A stretch of DNA of 64,000 nt from a virus: positions 12,978 through 76,977 of the IMG/VR virus record IMGVR_UViG_3300037193_002017. One strand, given 5' to 3'. Made by a program: the position numbers and the translations under genes. The notes under the pieces are model-generated. The model was not told the DNA's origin, searched no databases, and saw nothing but the letters and a program-made list of their open reading frames with translations. Shown here in pieces: positions 17,863 through 29,908 of the stretch. The first letter of the stretch is position 1. Each line of letters begins with the position of its first letter.

Positions 17863-19545
17863 CCCGTTCCGTCATTGCGTTGCGGCCCGGTGACCAGGTC
17901 CGCCAGCCATCCGGGGCGTGGCTGACCGTGGCTGCCCGGCCCCGGCCCAACCCCCGTGGCCCCCGCCTCACCTGGCACTACGTCGGCGGCAGCACCGGCA
18001 CCGCCGACTGGCTGGCCCGCGTGCCCTGCCGCCCCGCCCCCGACCAGACCGCCGAGGGCGGTGAGGACCAGTGACCGACACCGCCCAGGTCGTCACCGGC
18101 CTGCTCGCCCTGCCGCTGCTCGCGTCCGTACTCGTCATCGCCCGCACCACCGCCCGCCGCTGCTACTCGCCCGCCGGGTACGCCACCTTCCGTCAGCCCG
18201 CCCCCGGCGAGCAGCTACTCGCCTGCGAGGGACAGTGCCCGGGGCTGACGCCCCACGAAAAGGACGGCGACAGCACCGCCACCTGCACCATCTGCGGCGC
18301 ACCCCGCCCGGAGTCCGCCGAGGCAGGTGAGGGCTGATGGCGACTCGTGCCCAACGGCCCCGCCTGCCCGAGACCAACGACGCGCAGCGCAAGGCCCGCC
18401 AGGCCTGGAACGGCGGACTCGTCGGCGCCCCGCGCGTCGGCGACCACATCCCGCTCGTCCACACATGCACCGTCCCTGGCTGCAGCCGGTGCGCGGCGAT
18501 CGCCCGCGCCCGCGCCGACCTCAGGTCAGGGGGCACCCCATGAGCGAGCGCGCCGACGTCATCGCCGCGGCCCTGCGCCAGCCGACCCTGCGCCGCCCGT
18601 ACGTCGGGCATGAACTGCGCGGCGCCATCCTGCAGTTGCAGACGCCCAGGTCGGGCGTCGCGTGGACGGCGACCGTGCCGCAGCTGGCCCAGGCCATCGA
18701 CACCGCACTGAGGAAGACCGAGGAGAAGGACACCCCGGGCGGCGCCCAGCCGTCGCCCGGGGCGGCGTTCACTGCTCGCGCTCAGATCCTCGCCGCCCTC
18801 CAAGCCGCCGGCCACACCCCCGACCAGGCCGCGCAACTGCTCGCCCAGGCCGACCACGAACCCCGCGACCCCGACCCGAACCCCGACCACCCCGAGACCC
18901 TCGGCGGCGGTCACGCCCTGATCGTCGAGCACGGCGACTTCGTCCTCAAGGCCTCCTGCCAGTGCGGCAAGCAGCTTGGCTCAACCATCTCCGACGCCTC
19001 CCCGGACCTGTTCATGCCGGGCTGGGAGCGCCACACCAACACGGAGGTCACCTGACATGGCTCTCCCCACGCGTCACGCCGCCCGGGCGCAGATCGTCGC
19101 CCGTCTCCTCAACAGCCCCGGCACCTGGCTGCCCGCCGGCACCTTCCCCGACCGTATGGCCGCCGACCATCTCGCCCGCCACATCAACGGCGCCGAGGGC
19201 GTGTTCGGCAAGTACGGCACAAAGGGCGACTACAGCACCCGCACCCGCTCCGTCGAGGACGGCTTCCTCGTCGAGGCCCGCTACCTCGAGGCCGCGCCGC
19301 CCAAGCCGCGCGTGGACGCCCCGGGGTCGCCCGACACCCAGCGCGTGCTGCAGCAGATCGCGCACGGCGAGATCTGGTGCGGCCCCGAGGCAGCCCGGGC
19401 GATCGCGGCCCGCCACGAGGAGGCGTACGGCGCCGCCTGGCGGAGGAAGCCTGCCCAGCCCACCGACGACACCGCGTGGGCCGACGCCTGCGCCGCCCTC
19501 AGCCCGACCACCTCCAGCAGCGCGCCTCTGAACGGAGCAGCATGA
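17856..19545 (+). CDS. Run of five coupled small early genes (17856..18074, 18071..18337, 18337..18543, 18540..19055, 19057..19545)
   Basis: Consecutive start/stop overlaps and RBSs; several have CxxC motifs. Confidence 0.65.
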
Positions 19546-20882
19546 CCACGCCCAGCATCGAGCCTCCGGCCGTTCCCGATCTGGCGCGGATCCTCGGCGG
19601 GCCGGTCGTCACGATGCTCGCCCACGCCGATGAGGTCTTCCTCGGCGACGTCGTCGACACCATCGACGGCCCCGTCCACGTACGGGAGATCGTCCAGCGC
19701 CGCGACCGCTGGACTCTGGCCGGCGACCCGCCCGGCCACATCGTCCGCTCCATCGCCCGGAATCCGTGGCCGGTGCCGGCGGAACCGCTGTTCCGCCGCA
19801 CCCTGCCCGCGTACCAGACGATCCGGATCCGCCGCTCGGTCCGGCACTTCGGCCGGTTGAAGGGCCACGCCCAGGACGTCCGCTCCCACAACCCGGTCAA
19901 GCGCGGCTGCTACACCCACATCGACGGCTACACCGCCGCCTGCTCCTGCGGCTGGAAGGCCATCGACATCTACGCCTCCAAGGGCCGGGCCTCCGATGGC
20001 TGGCAGGGGCACAAGGCCGGCCAGTTCACAGAGGCCGCCTACGCCGACAACTCCGCCCTGCTGTGGCTGGACTCGGTCGAGGCCGTCCACCTGACCCTGC
20101 CCCCGCTGCCGTGGGCCTTCAAGAAGATCGTCAGCGGTCCGCGCCACGGCGACGGCATCGCCGAGGCCTCCCTGGACAGCCTCACCGTGGACCGGGCCCG
20201 CCAGGTGATGGCTGCCTGGCGGGCGGTGATCGACGTCGAGGACGAGGAAACCATCGACAACCACCGGCCCGGCCCGATCCACGGCCCCGGCGGTGAGCGC
20301 CCCGGCAACACCTACCTGCGCCTGTCCGGCAACGGCGGGGCCAACGCCCGGGTCATCCTCACCGCCGTCATCGACGACCTCCCGGCCGACGTTGAGGAGC
20401 GGCGTGGCAGCCCGGAACCCCGGCTGGCCGTGAAAGCCACGTCCGCGCGCTACGCCGAGGAACTGCGCCGGACTCCGGGGAAGGCGTCGGCCGACGGACA
20501 CGCAGGTTGGGAGTGCGGTGCGGGCGCCTCGCTGATCGTCCGGGCAGAAACTCCCGGGGCCGGGAAGCTCGGGACGCATCACGGCGTGATCTACGCCTGC
20601 GCCGAGCACCAGGTGGCGGCCGAGGAGCGCATCGAGGGCGCCGGGTACGGGCCGCGGGTCGACCCGGCCCCCGCCGGGCACCGGTGGGACCCGTGGCCGT
20701 GCGGTCACGTCACCGCGTACAACTCGGCGGCCCTGACCGCCCTCAGGGACGACGTCCCTGACGACGATCGCGACCCCGCGTCCCTGCACCCCGAGCCTGA
20801 CGAGCCCGACTGGGACAGCCCGCACTGGGACGGCAACGACGGTCAGCACGGCGACGAGCCTGACGAGGACGTCGTGGGATGA
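19542..20882 (+). CDS. Multi-domain phage hypothetical protein
   Basis: ATGA overlaps; CSCGW...H motif; acidic tail. Confidence 0.7.
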   Translation: MTTPSIEPPAVPDLARILGGPVVTMLAHADEVFLGDVVDTIDGPVHVREIVQRRDRWTLAGDPPGHIVRSIARNPWPVPAEPLFRRTLPAYQTIRIRRSVRHFGRLKGHAQDVRSHNPVKRGCYTHIDGYTAACSCGWKAIDIYASKGRASDGWQGHKAGQFTEAAYADNSALLWLDSVEAVHLTLPPLPWAFKKIVSGPRHGDGIAEASLDSLTVDRARQVMAAWRAVIDVEDEETIDNHRPGPIHGPGGERPGNTYLRLSGNGGANARVILTAVIDDLPADVEERRGSPEPRLAVKATSARYAEELRRTPGKASADGHAGWECGAGASLIVRAETPGAGKLGTHHGVIYACAEHQVAAEERIEGAGYGPRVDPAPAGHRWDPWPCGHVTAYNSAALTALRDDVPDDDRDPASLHPEPDEPDWDSPHWDGNDGQHGDEPDEDVVG

Positions 20883-21187
20883 GCGGGGACCGTCCGCGCC
20901 CGGAGTGCCGGCACTGGATCGGCGTCGAGCGCCGTCACTGCCGGGCCGTGGACGGCGTCCGCTTCTACCTCACCGGCTGGTGCTGCCCCGACCACACTCC
21001 ACGCGCCCTGCAGGGCCTGGACGAGATCGAGCCCGGGACCGGCATCCCTCCCGGGGATCTTCCTCTCTCGCCCATCTCCGCCTCCCGCGTCCACGACACC
21101 CGCGCGGTCGCTTCCGGCAAGCGCCGCTCCACCCCCGCCGCCTACCAGGCCGCGAAAGCCGATCTCCGAAGGGAACTCAACCTGTGA
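20879..21187 (+). CDS. Phage hypothetical protein (CRHW...CPDHTP...SGKRRS)
   Basis: Coupled; motif common in Streptomyces phage replication regions. Confidence 0.7.
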   Translation: MSGDRPRPECRHWIGVERRHCRAVDGVRFYLTGWCCPDHTPRALQGLDEIEPGTGIPPGDLPLSPISASRVHDTRAVASGKRRSTPAAYQAAKADLRRELNL

Positions 21188-21765
21188 CACCGACCAGCGC
21201 ATGCCGCCCCTCGCCCGCCGACATGCACCCCCGCCGCACTACGCCCGCCCCGGCAGCCTCGGCCAAACCCACCACCCCCACCCCGGCACCGCCCGTACCG
21301 TCCCGGCCGCAGAACACCGCCCCGGCGCCGGCCGAGGCACCCCGCCCGTACGTGCCGCGCCGCCTGACGCTCGCCGAGGCCGTCGCTCCCGGCAAGTTGC
21401 GCAACAAAGAGCACCTGCGCAGCCTGTTCCCCCGCGCCGTCCGGATCAGCCGCATGCACCCCGAAGCACGGTTGGTCGCCCTGACCCTCCTCGGCCACGC
21501 CCACTTCAAGACCGGCCTGGTCAGCCCCGCGCGCCGCCCCAACATGACGCAGCTCGCCGAGGAGACCGGCCTCACCACCGGCCAGGTCGAGGTGCAGATC
21601 CACGTCCTGACCCAGCGCGGCTGGCTCTACACCCGCCCCCTCACCCAGGGCCGCCACGCCGGTGAGGAGGGCCTGTTCGTGGCCGTGCCCGCCCTGCTCC
21701 TCGAGCACCTGCGCGCTGCCCGCTCCGCACACGCCGAGCAGACCGCCGACGGCGGCACCGAGTGA
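21184..21765 (+). CDS. Winged-HTH DNA-binding protein
   Basis: RLVALTL...PNMTQLAEETGLT...LTQRGWL. Confidence 0.7.
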   Translation: MTPTSACRPSPADMHPRRTTPAPAASAKPTTPTPAPPVPSRPQNTAPAPAEAPRPYVPRRLTLAEAVAPGKLRNKEHLRSLFPRAVRISRMHPEARLVALTLLGHAHFKTGLVSPARRPNMTQLAEETGLTTGQVEVQIHVLTQRGWLYTRPLTQGRHAGEEGLFVAVPALLLEHLRAARSAHAEQTADGGTE

Positions 21766-21891
21766 GCCGCCCCCGCAGGCCCTGCCGCCGGGCGGCCCGG
21801 GCCCTGGCCCTCCTCTGTGCCGCGCTGACCACGGCCGCCCTCGTCCTCACCGCCTGCACCCACCCCTGACCCGCGCTCCAAGGAAGGCTCT

Positions 21892-23763
21892 GTGTCCGCT
21901 GCGCACGCTGCCGCTGCTGAGCCCCGCCACACCCGTGGCGGGGCCAGCAGCGCTGCCGTGCGCACCCGCGCGCGCCGCCCTCAGCGACGCACGGTGCAGA
22001 CGGTGGAGATCCCCGAGCGCGTCTACCGCGGCTCCCACTACTCGGACGCGTTCGTCAAGGCGTGGGCAAAAATAGCCGCCCTCGACGTCGACACCAACGA
22101 AGAACACTGCAACGCCCACGTCACCGAACTCGCCCGCTTCTCCGGCCTGTCGGTGCGCACCTTCCAGCGCGCCCTCACCGAGGGCCGCACCCCAGGCCCG
22201 GACGGCGGCCCGCCAGAGTTCTCCACCCGCCGCATGACCCGGAAGACGGGTGTCGGCCGCACAGCGATCCGAGAAGTCCGCCCCGTCGTCGAAGGCGAGC
22301 GGTACGTCACCGTGTCCGTCGCGATGTGCGATGCCCTCGAGCCGCGCCGCCTGCGCGCCGCCCTCCTCCTCGCGCACACCGCCAAGTACACCCCCGGCTA
22401 CGAGCCGACCGCCGCCGAACTGGCGGGCGAGCTGTTCCACCACCACGACACCAGCGCCGGGCAGTCGCTCTCGGAGCGCACCGCGCGCCGCATCATGCGC
22501 GACCTCGAGCAGACGGGCTGGGCCAGCATCGGCCACCGTGCCGGCTACCAGGGCCGCCACACCCTCACCGTCCACCGCCATCCGATCCGCCCCGCCGAGC
22601 AGCTCGCCCTGGACCTCGACGTCCCGGCCGCCGACACATCTGCTGGCCCGGTCGACTCGGCCGGGCCGGGTGCGGACAACCATGGCGGATCCGGTCCGGC
22701 CGCCCCTGGCGGATCCCTCGCGATCAAGGAAGACAGCGGGGTTGTTACTGACGAGGTTGTTGCGCCCCAGGAGGTGGGTGGTTCCCGCCGTAGGCGAGTG
22801 ACCGGTAGTAAGCCCGCGATCGACGCGCGTGACCTCGCTGACGGCACGTTCGGGCCCGGCGCTGCTCGCGCTCCGCGCGGGAACCACCCCGCCCCCACCC
22901 TCACCACCGCCGGGAAGCCCGCGTACGCCGGGCCGGAACTGCGCTGGACCAAGCGCATCCACGACAGCCTCGCCCCCGTACGCCACCACCTCGACGGCAT
23001 CAGCCGGTTCATGCTGCGCAAGGTCGCCCGCGAGATCGGCCGCCAGCTCGACCAGGCCGCCCACACCCTGATGACCCCGCAGCGGATGGCCGCCCGCATC
23101 GCCACCCGCTACCGCGACGCCGGACCCATCCGCGACATGGGCGCCTGGCTCCTCGCCGTCGCCATCACCCCCAAGGGCTGCGGCCAGCCGCTGTGCGAAG
23201 ACTCGAGCATCTGGCCCACCGGCGAACCCTGCGAGACCTGCACCGTCAACCGGCAGACCACCAGCGAGCACTGGCGGCGCGCCCGCGCCTGGGGCGACCA
23301 GCTCGCCGAGCTCCGCGCCCGCCGGGCATCTGAGACCGCCCCCGTGCGGGCGACGTACCGGCAGCGCTCCGCGGCCCCCGACGAGGAGGTCCTGGCGGTG
23401 GCCGCCGCGCACGGCCCGGCGACCGCGCTGCACGTCTACGGCGTGTACCGGGCCGGACCCGTGCTCCGCGCCCAGTACGGGCACCTGCCCGCCGCTGCCG
23501 GCGCCGCCCCGCACCAGCCCGCTGCGCCCGCTCCCCTTCGCATGCCCGAGGAGACGCCCATGCCCGACCACCGCGGCTACATGCCCGCCGAGTTCCGCCG
23601 CGCGGCCGGCCGGGCCCCCGCCGAGGGCGCGCTCGCCATCGCCTGCCCGCAGCCCGGCTGCCTCGCCGAGGAAGGGCAGCCGTGCACGACCCAGCGCGGC
23701 CGACGCCGCGCACCACACGAAGCCCGCACGACCGCCGCCGAGACGCGCGGAGAGGAGAGCTGA
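21892..23763 (+). CDS. Putative replication initiator (tandem wHTH, C-terminal Zn finger)
   Basis: ELARFSGLSVRTFQRAL and SERTARRIMRDLEQTGW HTHs; CxxPxC and CPQPGC.A..GQPC...H motifs. Confidence 0.6.
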   Translation: MSAAHAAAAEPRHTRGGASSAAVRTRARRPQRRTVQTVEIPERVYRGSHYSDAFVKAWAKIAALDVDTNEEHCNAHVTELARFSGLSVRTFQRALTEGRTPGPDGGPPEFSTRRMTRKTGVGRTAIREVRPVVEGERYVTVSVAMCDALEPRRLRAALLLAHTAKYTPGYEPTAAELAGELFHHHDTSAGQSLSERTARRIMRDLEQTGWASIGHRAGYQGRHTLTVHRHPIRPAEQLALDLDVPAADTSAGPVDSAGPGADNHGGSGPAAPGGSLAIKEDSGVVTDEVVAPQEVGGSRRRRVTGSKPAIDARDLADGTFGPGAARAPRGNHPAPTLTTAGKPAYAGPELRWTKRIHDSLAPVRHHLDGISRFMLRKVAREIGRQLDQAAHTLMTPQRMAARIATRYRDAGPIRDMGAWLLAVAITPKGCGQPLCEDSSIWPTGEPCETCTVNRQTTSEHWRRARAWGDQLAELRARRASETAPVRATYRQRSAAPDEEVLAVAAAHGPATALHVYGVYRAGPVLRAQYGHLPAAAGAAPHQPAAPAPLRMPEETPMPDHRGYMPAEFRRAAGRAPAEGALAIACPQPGCLAEEGQPCTTQRGRRRAPHEARTTAAETRGEES

Positions 23764-23766
23764 CCC

Positions 23767-25239
23767 ATGCCCAGTGACCACGGCATCGTCCTGTGCGACG
23801 ACTGCCTCGAGCGGATCCGGTGGGCGATCACCGTCAACGGCCGCCGCCAGGCCGTCAACGCCGACCCCGATGAGAAGGGGAACCTGGCCGTCTACAAAGA
23901 CGGCACCGGCACCCTGCGCGCCCGCGTTCTCACCGCCGAGCGGGACCGCCTCGAGGGCACCGAGTGGCAGGCCATGCCCCACGCCGCCACCTGCACCAAC
24001 CCCCGCCCCCGGCCCCGCACCCCCAGCAGGCCCGGCCGCCGCGCCGCCGTACGCCCCGGCAACTGGCCGAACAGGTGGACGCGATGAGGACCGCCGGGCA
24101 GCCCGGGGGTGAGGCATGAGCGTCCCCGAGTTCCGCGAGCACCTCGCGGAGGACGTCCCGACCGGCTCGTTCGGCGGCTCCCGGCCGCCCCTGCCCGCGC
24201 ACATCACACCGTGCACGCCCGACGAGCAGGCCCGGCACTACGCCGACCTCGCCGACGCCCTCTGCAGCTTCCGCGTCGGCGACGCCCTCCGCCGCCACCA
24301 GCCTGCCAGCAAGGAGGCGCAAGCCTGATGAGCCCCCAACTCCTGCTCTTCGCCTGCCCGTTCGGAGGCTGCGACGACGACGGCTACTGCGCCTGTCTGG
24401 AGGAGGACGTCGAGGCCTTCGACGACCTGGACGACGAAGGCCTCGACGTCCTCCTCGACCGCCACGGCCGCGTACGCCGCATCGAGACCGTCCCGATCTC
24501 CATCGACGACTACCAGCCCACGCCCGCCACCGACGACGGAAGGCACAGCGCATGAACCTGCCCGCCCGCACCAACACCCCCGACCGCATCACCACCAACC
24601 CCGACGGCTCGAAGACCACCACCATCAAGCTCAAGCGCGCCTGCAACGGCTGCGGACAACGCCTCCGCGACATCACCGACGCCGAGATGACCGCCGCGAT
24701 CAACGGACGCCCGCTCCCCGACGTCCGCCGCGAATGCCCCACCTGCGGACCCACCGCACCACCCCCCGCCTGCCTCCCCATGACGCTCCTCTCCGGCGAG
24801 CTGCGCTGCATCGAAGGCGACTGCGACCACGACACCCCCACCGGATCGGACGAGTGCGACGCCATCGGCACAGAGACCGTCTGCGCCATCCACTCCACGT
24901 TCACCCCCGGCTTCGAGGACACCTACGAAGTGGTCACCCACGCCGAGCCCTGGCCCTGCCAGCACGACGCCTCTGCGGCCTGATCCGCCGCCCATCCGGT
25001 CCGGAAACCCACGCGCACAGAAAGGCCCCCACATGACCGCCACGCCCTGCCCCGGACCCTGCCCCAACGGCATCCGCGGCTCCGGCAAGTACCTCTGTCT
25101 CGGCTGCTGGAGCGATCTGCCAATGGCCGCCCGCCGCGCGCTGAACGGCCGCGACAGCAAGGCCATGGACCGCCTTCAGGAGCTGTACCGGCAGCTGTCC
25201 GCGGGCGTGCCGCTCGCCGAGGTTCAGGTGAGCCCGTGA
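23767..25239 (+). CDS. Run of small early genes (23767..24087, 24116..24328, 24328..24555, 24552..24983, 25033..25239)
   Basis: RBSs, overlaps and Cys-rich motifs. Confidence 0.65.
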
Positions 25240-25333
25240 ACGGCGACGTCTGGACCAACACGCCGTGCCCCAAGTTCCTCCCCGAGGACGACGAGTCCGC
25301 CGCCAGGGCAGGGCGGGACGGGGCGCAGCCGTC

Positions 25334-25573
25334 GTGAGGGATCTCGTCGAGTGCCAGTACTGCCACAAGCCGATCCGCTCGGCCACGTCGATGGGGCGGC
25401 GGATCGGGGGCCGCTGCTGGCGCAAGCTCGCCCCCGCCCAGCGCGACGCGATCCGCGCCGTTCTCGCCCGTACGGCCACGCCGTCCGCGGCGACCGTCCG
25501 CGCCGCCCTCAACCAGGCCGCCCCCGCCGGGGACGGCCAGCTCCCTCTCGAAGAACAGGACACCCAGCAGTGA
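25334..25573 (+). CDS. DUF6011-like Zn-finger protein
   Basis: CQYCHKPI...S..RRIGGRCW. Confidence 0.7.
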   Translation: MRDLVECQYCHKPIRSATSMGRRIGGRCWRKLAPAQRDAIRAVLARTATPSAATVRAALNQAAPAGDGQLPLEEQDTQQ

Positions 25574-26205
25574 GCGATAACACCGAGCGCGAGCGTGAGG
25601 CAGAGACGCGGATGGTCGTGGTCGACGGCCGCGAAGCCATGGCATACGTAATCCTCCGCCCCACCGGCACGACCGGCACCATCGCCCTGGAAGCGGCAGC
25701 CGAGGACGGTGTCGACAAGAAGCACGTCGCCCACGTGCTCCGGCACGTTGCGGACCAGTGGGCGCCCCGCCCTGGCCTGGCCGGTGTCCTCGACGAGATC
25801 GCCGCCGAACGCACCCGCCAGCACACGGCGTTCGGCGAAGCGGAATGGGCGCGCCCCGACGGCACGGGCCAGTACCCCGAGACCATCGACGCGGACGTGG
25901 CCCTGCAGGCGTGCGAACAGGCCACGGAGATGGGCTACCTGGACTGGCTCCACGTCCTGCGCGCCGCCGCCGGGCACGTCTTCGCCGAGTCCCGGCTCGC
26001 CGAGCTGCGCGTCGCGCTGGTGAAGCTGGCCTCGTTCACGGCCGGCTGGATCCAGGCGATCGACCACCGCACGGGCAACCAGCCTGGCGGCCTCGCCGAG
26101 CTCCTGGCCGTCGTCGCCGAGCAGCTGCCCGCCGACGACCCCGACGCTGCGGCCGAAGGCCTCGCCCGCATGCCCCGCCCCGATGCCACGGGGAGGACCG
26201 AGTGA
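25570..26205 (+). CDS. MazG-like (all-alpha NTP-PPase fold) protein with degenerate acidic motif
   Basis: EIAAERTRQ..FGE...PDGTG...W.HVL....FAES...LRVALV..A..WIQAID.R. Confidence 0.6.
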   Translation: MSDNTEREREAETRMVVVDGREAMAYVILRPTGTTGTIALEAAAEDGVDKKHVAHVLRHVADQWAPRPGLAGVLDEIAAERTRQHTAFGEAEWARPDGTGQYPETIDADVALQACEQATEMGYLDWLHVLRAAAGHVFAESRLAELRVALVKLASFTAGWIQAIDHRTGNQPGGLAELLAVVAEQLPADDPDAAAEGLARMPRPDATGRTE

Positions 26206-29061
26206 TCGGTTACGCGGTCAGCGGCGCCGACGTCCTCGGCGCAGCCTGCCCTCTCACCTTCCTGATCGCCGTACTGGCCATCTCGTACCTGACCTGGCGC
26301 GCCCGTCGGAGGAACCGATGAGCACTCCCACCCTGCCCTGCCCTGGATGCCCTGGTCGCCGCAAGCACGGCCACTACCTGTGCAACAGCTGCTGGCGCGC
26401 CCTGCCGTCCACCACCCGCGGCCGGCTTGCCCTCCGCGACGCCCGCGCATCCCTCCGCCTCCGCGAGCTCCACAAGGCACTCGCCGCCAACACCCCGATC
26501 GCGATCATCCGGGTCAGCCGATGAACACGCGCCTCTACGCCCACGCCAGCATGGCCGCCGCCGTGCTCCTCACCATCGGCGCCTGCTACACCGCCACCCT
26601 CGACGCCTGGTGGCCCGCCCTCGGGGGCCTCTTCCCCGCGGGCGTCCTCGCGTGGAACGCCCACCGCTGCTACACCCAGGCCCGCCGCGAGCAGGCCGTG
26701 CAGCAGCGACTGACGCGACTCACCCGCGACAAGACCGAGCCGTTCGTGCCGCGGCCTCCGTGCTGCTCGTTCTGGCGGCACACCAGCGGCCAGATGCACG
26801 GCCCCGACTGCACACGGCCGGCCACCGCGCGCACCGCCCTCACGCCCGCTGAAGAAGCCGCCTTCGCGCAGATCGCCGCGGAGTTCCATCGGACGGGAGG
26901 CCAGGCCAACCCGTGACCTCTCACCCCATCCCGGGCAACGCCGGTCACTGGTGGCTGGCGTGCGGCAAGTGGCGCCGCCTGCACGCCATCCCCGGCACGG
27001 CCATCGACCGCACCGATGAGGACGTCATGGACCGGCTCTGCTACCCGCCGGGCATCCCGGCCCGCGCCGCATGCGGGCTCCGGCGCGGCTGGCAGATGCC
27101 CGGGCTGTTCTCCCGCCTCGGCCGCCGCCGCTGCACCCCGTGCTGCCACGCCCTCAACATCCCCACCGGCTACGGCACCCCCGCCAACGAAGCATCGATC
27201 AAGGAAGGAACCACCCACCCATGATTCAGCAGCCCCAGCCCCGCTGGAACGGTGAGCCCTGCCAGGCCCGCCGCGTCACCGCCGTCGTCGCCGACAGCAT
27301 CTTCTTCCCCCTGTACTGGGCCCGCGAGTTCGTCGGTACGCGTCGTAAGGCCGTCGAGGTCACGTACGGGGGCCGCACCTTCTACCTCGACGACGAGGAC
27401 GGCTCCGGGTGGGCCAAGGTCACCGCAGGCGGCTCACCCGCCCACAGCCACCGTGGCCTCAACGTCGACCCCGACAGCATCCGGCTCCGCGTCGACCCCG
27501 ATCGGCCGTGCCTGCACGAGGACTTCGACGCCTTCGTCGGCGTCGGCCGCATCACCGCGAGCGAAACCGATCCCACCGTGATCGGCTACTCGGCCGAGAT
27601 CAGGGTGAACTGCCGGGCCTGCGGCGAGCCCTTCCGGTGGACCGGCGTCCCGGCCGGCCTCTCACCCCGCCAGCCGATGTGCAGCGTCGACGAGACCGAA
27701 CTGCGCGCCCCGCTCCGCCCGGCCTCGGCCGACCCGGACTTCGGTCTCGGCCTGCCCGGCTTCTCCGTCAACCACCGCAAGGACGGCTGACCGTGCTGCA
27801 GCACACCGGCCCGACTGTCGTCGACACCCGTATCTGGGACGGCAGCCGCGACCCCGAGCTCACCGCGTGGCTCGGCCCCAACGCCCACCACTACGAGGGC
27901 GAACAGCTCGTCATCGACAGCATCGACGGACCCGTGCGGCCCCGGCCCGGCTACCACCTGATCCTCTGGACCGACCGGGAGGTCACCGTTGCCGCGCCGC
28001 GAGTCGCCGAGCGGGTGTACGGGCCCGACGGTCTCTGCGGCCAACTGGCCCGCGCCCAGGCCGCCATCGAGGCGGTCCACGTTCTCGCCGTCCGCTGGGC
28101 GAAGGCCGGACCGCCGCTCGGCACGTCCATCGCGCGCTGGGTGGACGCCCGCCTCATCGAACTGAACACCGCCCTCGATAAAGCCAGGGAGTACTGACAT
28201 GGGTCTGGAGTTCACACAACCCACGCGGGTCTGGATCGGCCGCGAAGGCGGCTGGGAGCCGGTGGACGGCGTCGCCCACGTCCAGCTACAGGAGGAGGCC
28301 CTGCCCGTCGAGGACGCCAGCGTCGAGCTGGAGTTCAGCGTCAAGACACCGTCCAACGGGGTGCCGACCTGCCCGTCCGGCCGCCACCCCCAGCACACGC
28401 CCGACACCTGCGAGGAACACGAGGAACTCACGCAGGCCTTCCATGGCTTCATCGAGCTCCTTTTCGCAGCCGCCTTCGCCCAAGCCGAGCAGGCCGCCCG
28501 CCGCTACCAGCAGGCCCTGGCAGAGGCCTTCGCCGGCATCGACACCTGGGAGCCGCGCGGACTGTCGGCATGGCTCACCGAGCCAGAGCAGCCCACTCCG
28601 ATCGAGCGCGCCCTGCAGATCCTCGCCCCGCACCTCGCCCACGAGCCGCTTTACCAGCCCAACCACCGCTGGCTCAGGGCCGCTCCCGCCCCGCAGCCCA
28701 CCGACGAGCAGCCGGACGACACCGGCGAGGCCGCGCCGAGCACCGACCGGCCCGCCTGGCAGTCCCCGTACGGGCCGCCACCGAGGAGGCGCTGACGATG
28801 CAGCTGCACCTGATACGCACTGACCCCGTCCAGGAGATCGCGGCCGAGCCCGCCACCCTCGAACTCCTCATCACCGCCCTGGACGAAGCGACGCAACCGC
28901 GCCTGTCCTCACCCGAGTTGATCACCGCGTGCCGCAGCGGACTCGGCTGGCCGCTCGTCCCGGACGAGTCCATCTGCCCCGGGGCCGTCCACCTCCGTCC
29001 TGTACCCCGCCCGTCCGAGTGGCACAGCGGCACCGCACCCGCCGACTCGCCACAGCAGTAG
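26202..29061 (+). CDS. Run of coupled small genes (26202..26321, 26318..26524, 26521..26916, 26913..27224, 27221..27790, 27793..28197, 28199..28795, 28798..29061)
   Basis: Consecutive overlaps or short gaps; codon bias; some TM or Cys-rich. Confidence 0.65.
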
Positions 29062-29134
29062 ACGCCCCTCCCTACCCATCGGGTGGGGAGGACGACCCCG
29101 CCCCTGCCCCACCAGTACGAAGGGGAGCACACGC

Positions 29135-29818
29135 ATGATCTGCACCCTGTGCACGCACAACGAGCTCGAGTTCGGCAGCCTCTGCCCCTCCTGCACCCGC
29201 GCCACCCACGAACGCCTCACCCGCCTTCCCCGACTCTGGGCCTCCCTGGGGTCCTGGCTCACCCCCGGCGCCACCGGCAGCGCCCAGTACGGCGGTCGCG
29301 TCCGCCTCGCTGAGGCCCCCATGCCTCTCGACAGCGAGGTCCTGGACCTGATCGCCGAGGGCGGCATCGTCGGCGTCCTCGAGGACTGGCGCACCGCCGT
29401 CTACGAGACTCGCGGCTGGAGCCTGCCGCCCCGCGCGGCCAGCCTCGGTAACCGCGTCACCATCGCGGCCGGCGACCTCGACCACCATCTCGACTGGATC
29501 TCACGCTGGTACGCCGGCGAGGCCTTCGGCTGGGACATCCGCCGTCTCTTCCAGCGCGCCTCCCGCGTCGTACAGCCCGGCCACGACCTCGACCAGCCGA
29601 GGCCGACCTTCCTCGGCCACTGCATCGCCGTGGACTCCTCCGGGGTGGTGTGCGGGGCGAAGATCTACGCGGACATGCGCACGTCGGTGCAGTGTGAGTG
29701 GTGCCTGTGCCCGTACCCGCCCTCCACCTGGCTGACCCTGCGGCGTTTCCAGCCGGGCAACGAGCACCTGCACGACGAGGACCAGGACGAGCCCGACATG
29801 GAGCCGGTGGCCGCCTGA
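29135..29818 (+). CDS. Zn-binding phage protein, putative late-gene regulator N-terminal portion
   Basis: CTLC..LCPSC N-terminus, EAPMPLD, LGHC...CGAKI...CEWC; last gene of the early run. Confidence 0.6.
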   Translation: MICTLCTHNELEFGSLCPSCTRATHERLTRLPRLWASLGSWLTPGATGSAQYGGRVRLAEAPMPLDSEVLDLIAEGGIVGVLEDWRTAVYETRGWSLPPRAASLGNRVTIAAGDLDHHLDWISRWYAGEAFGWDIRRLFQRASRVVQPGHDLDQPRPTFLGHCIAVDSSGVVCGAKIYADMRTSVQCEWCLCPYPPSTWLTLRRFQPGNEHLHDEDQDEPDMEPVAA

Positions 29819-29908
29819 CATGCCGCCACGCCACGGCGTAGCGTGTGCCTGGACACGCGAGAGCCCCGCCGCCCCACTTCTCCTGGGGCGGCGGGGCTCG
29901 TCTGCGTT

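Noticed and set aside
21847-24216. 789-aa minus-strand ORF and similar long antisense ORFs (44306..46558, 50421..52616, 19281..20849)
   Set aside because: Shadow frames of real high-GC genes, with no motifs or RBS.
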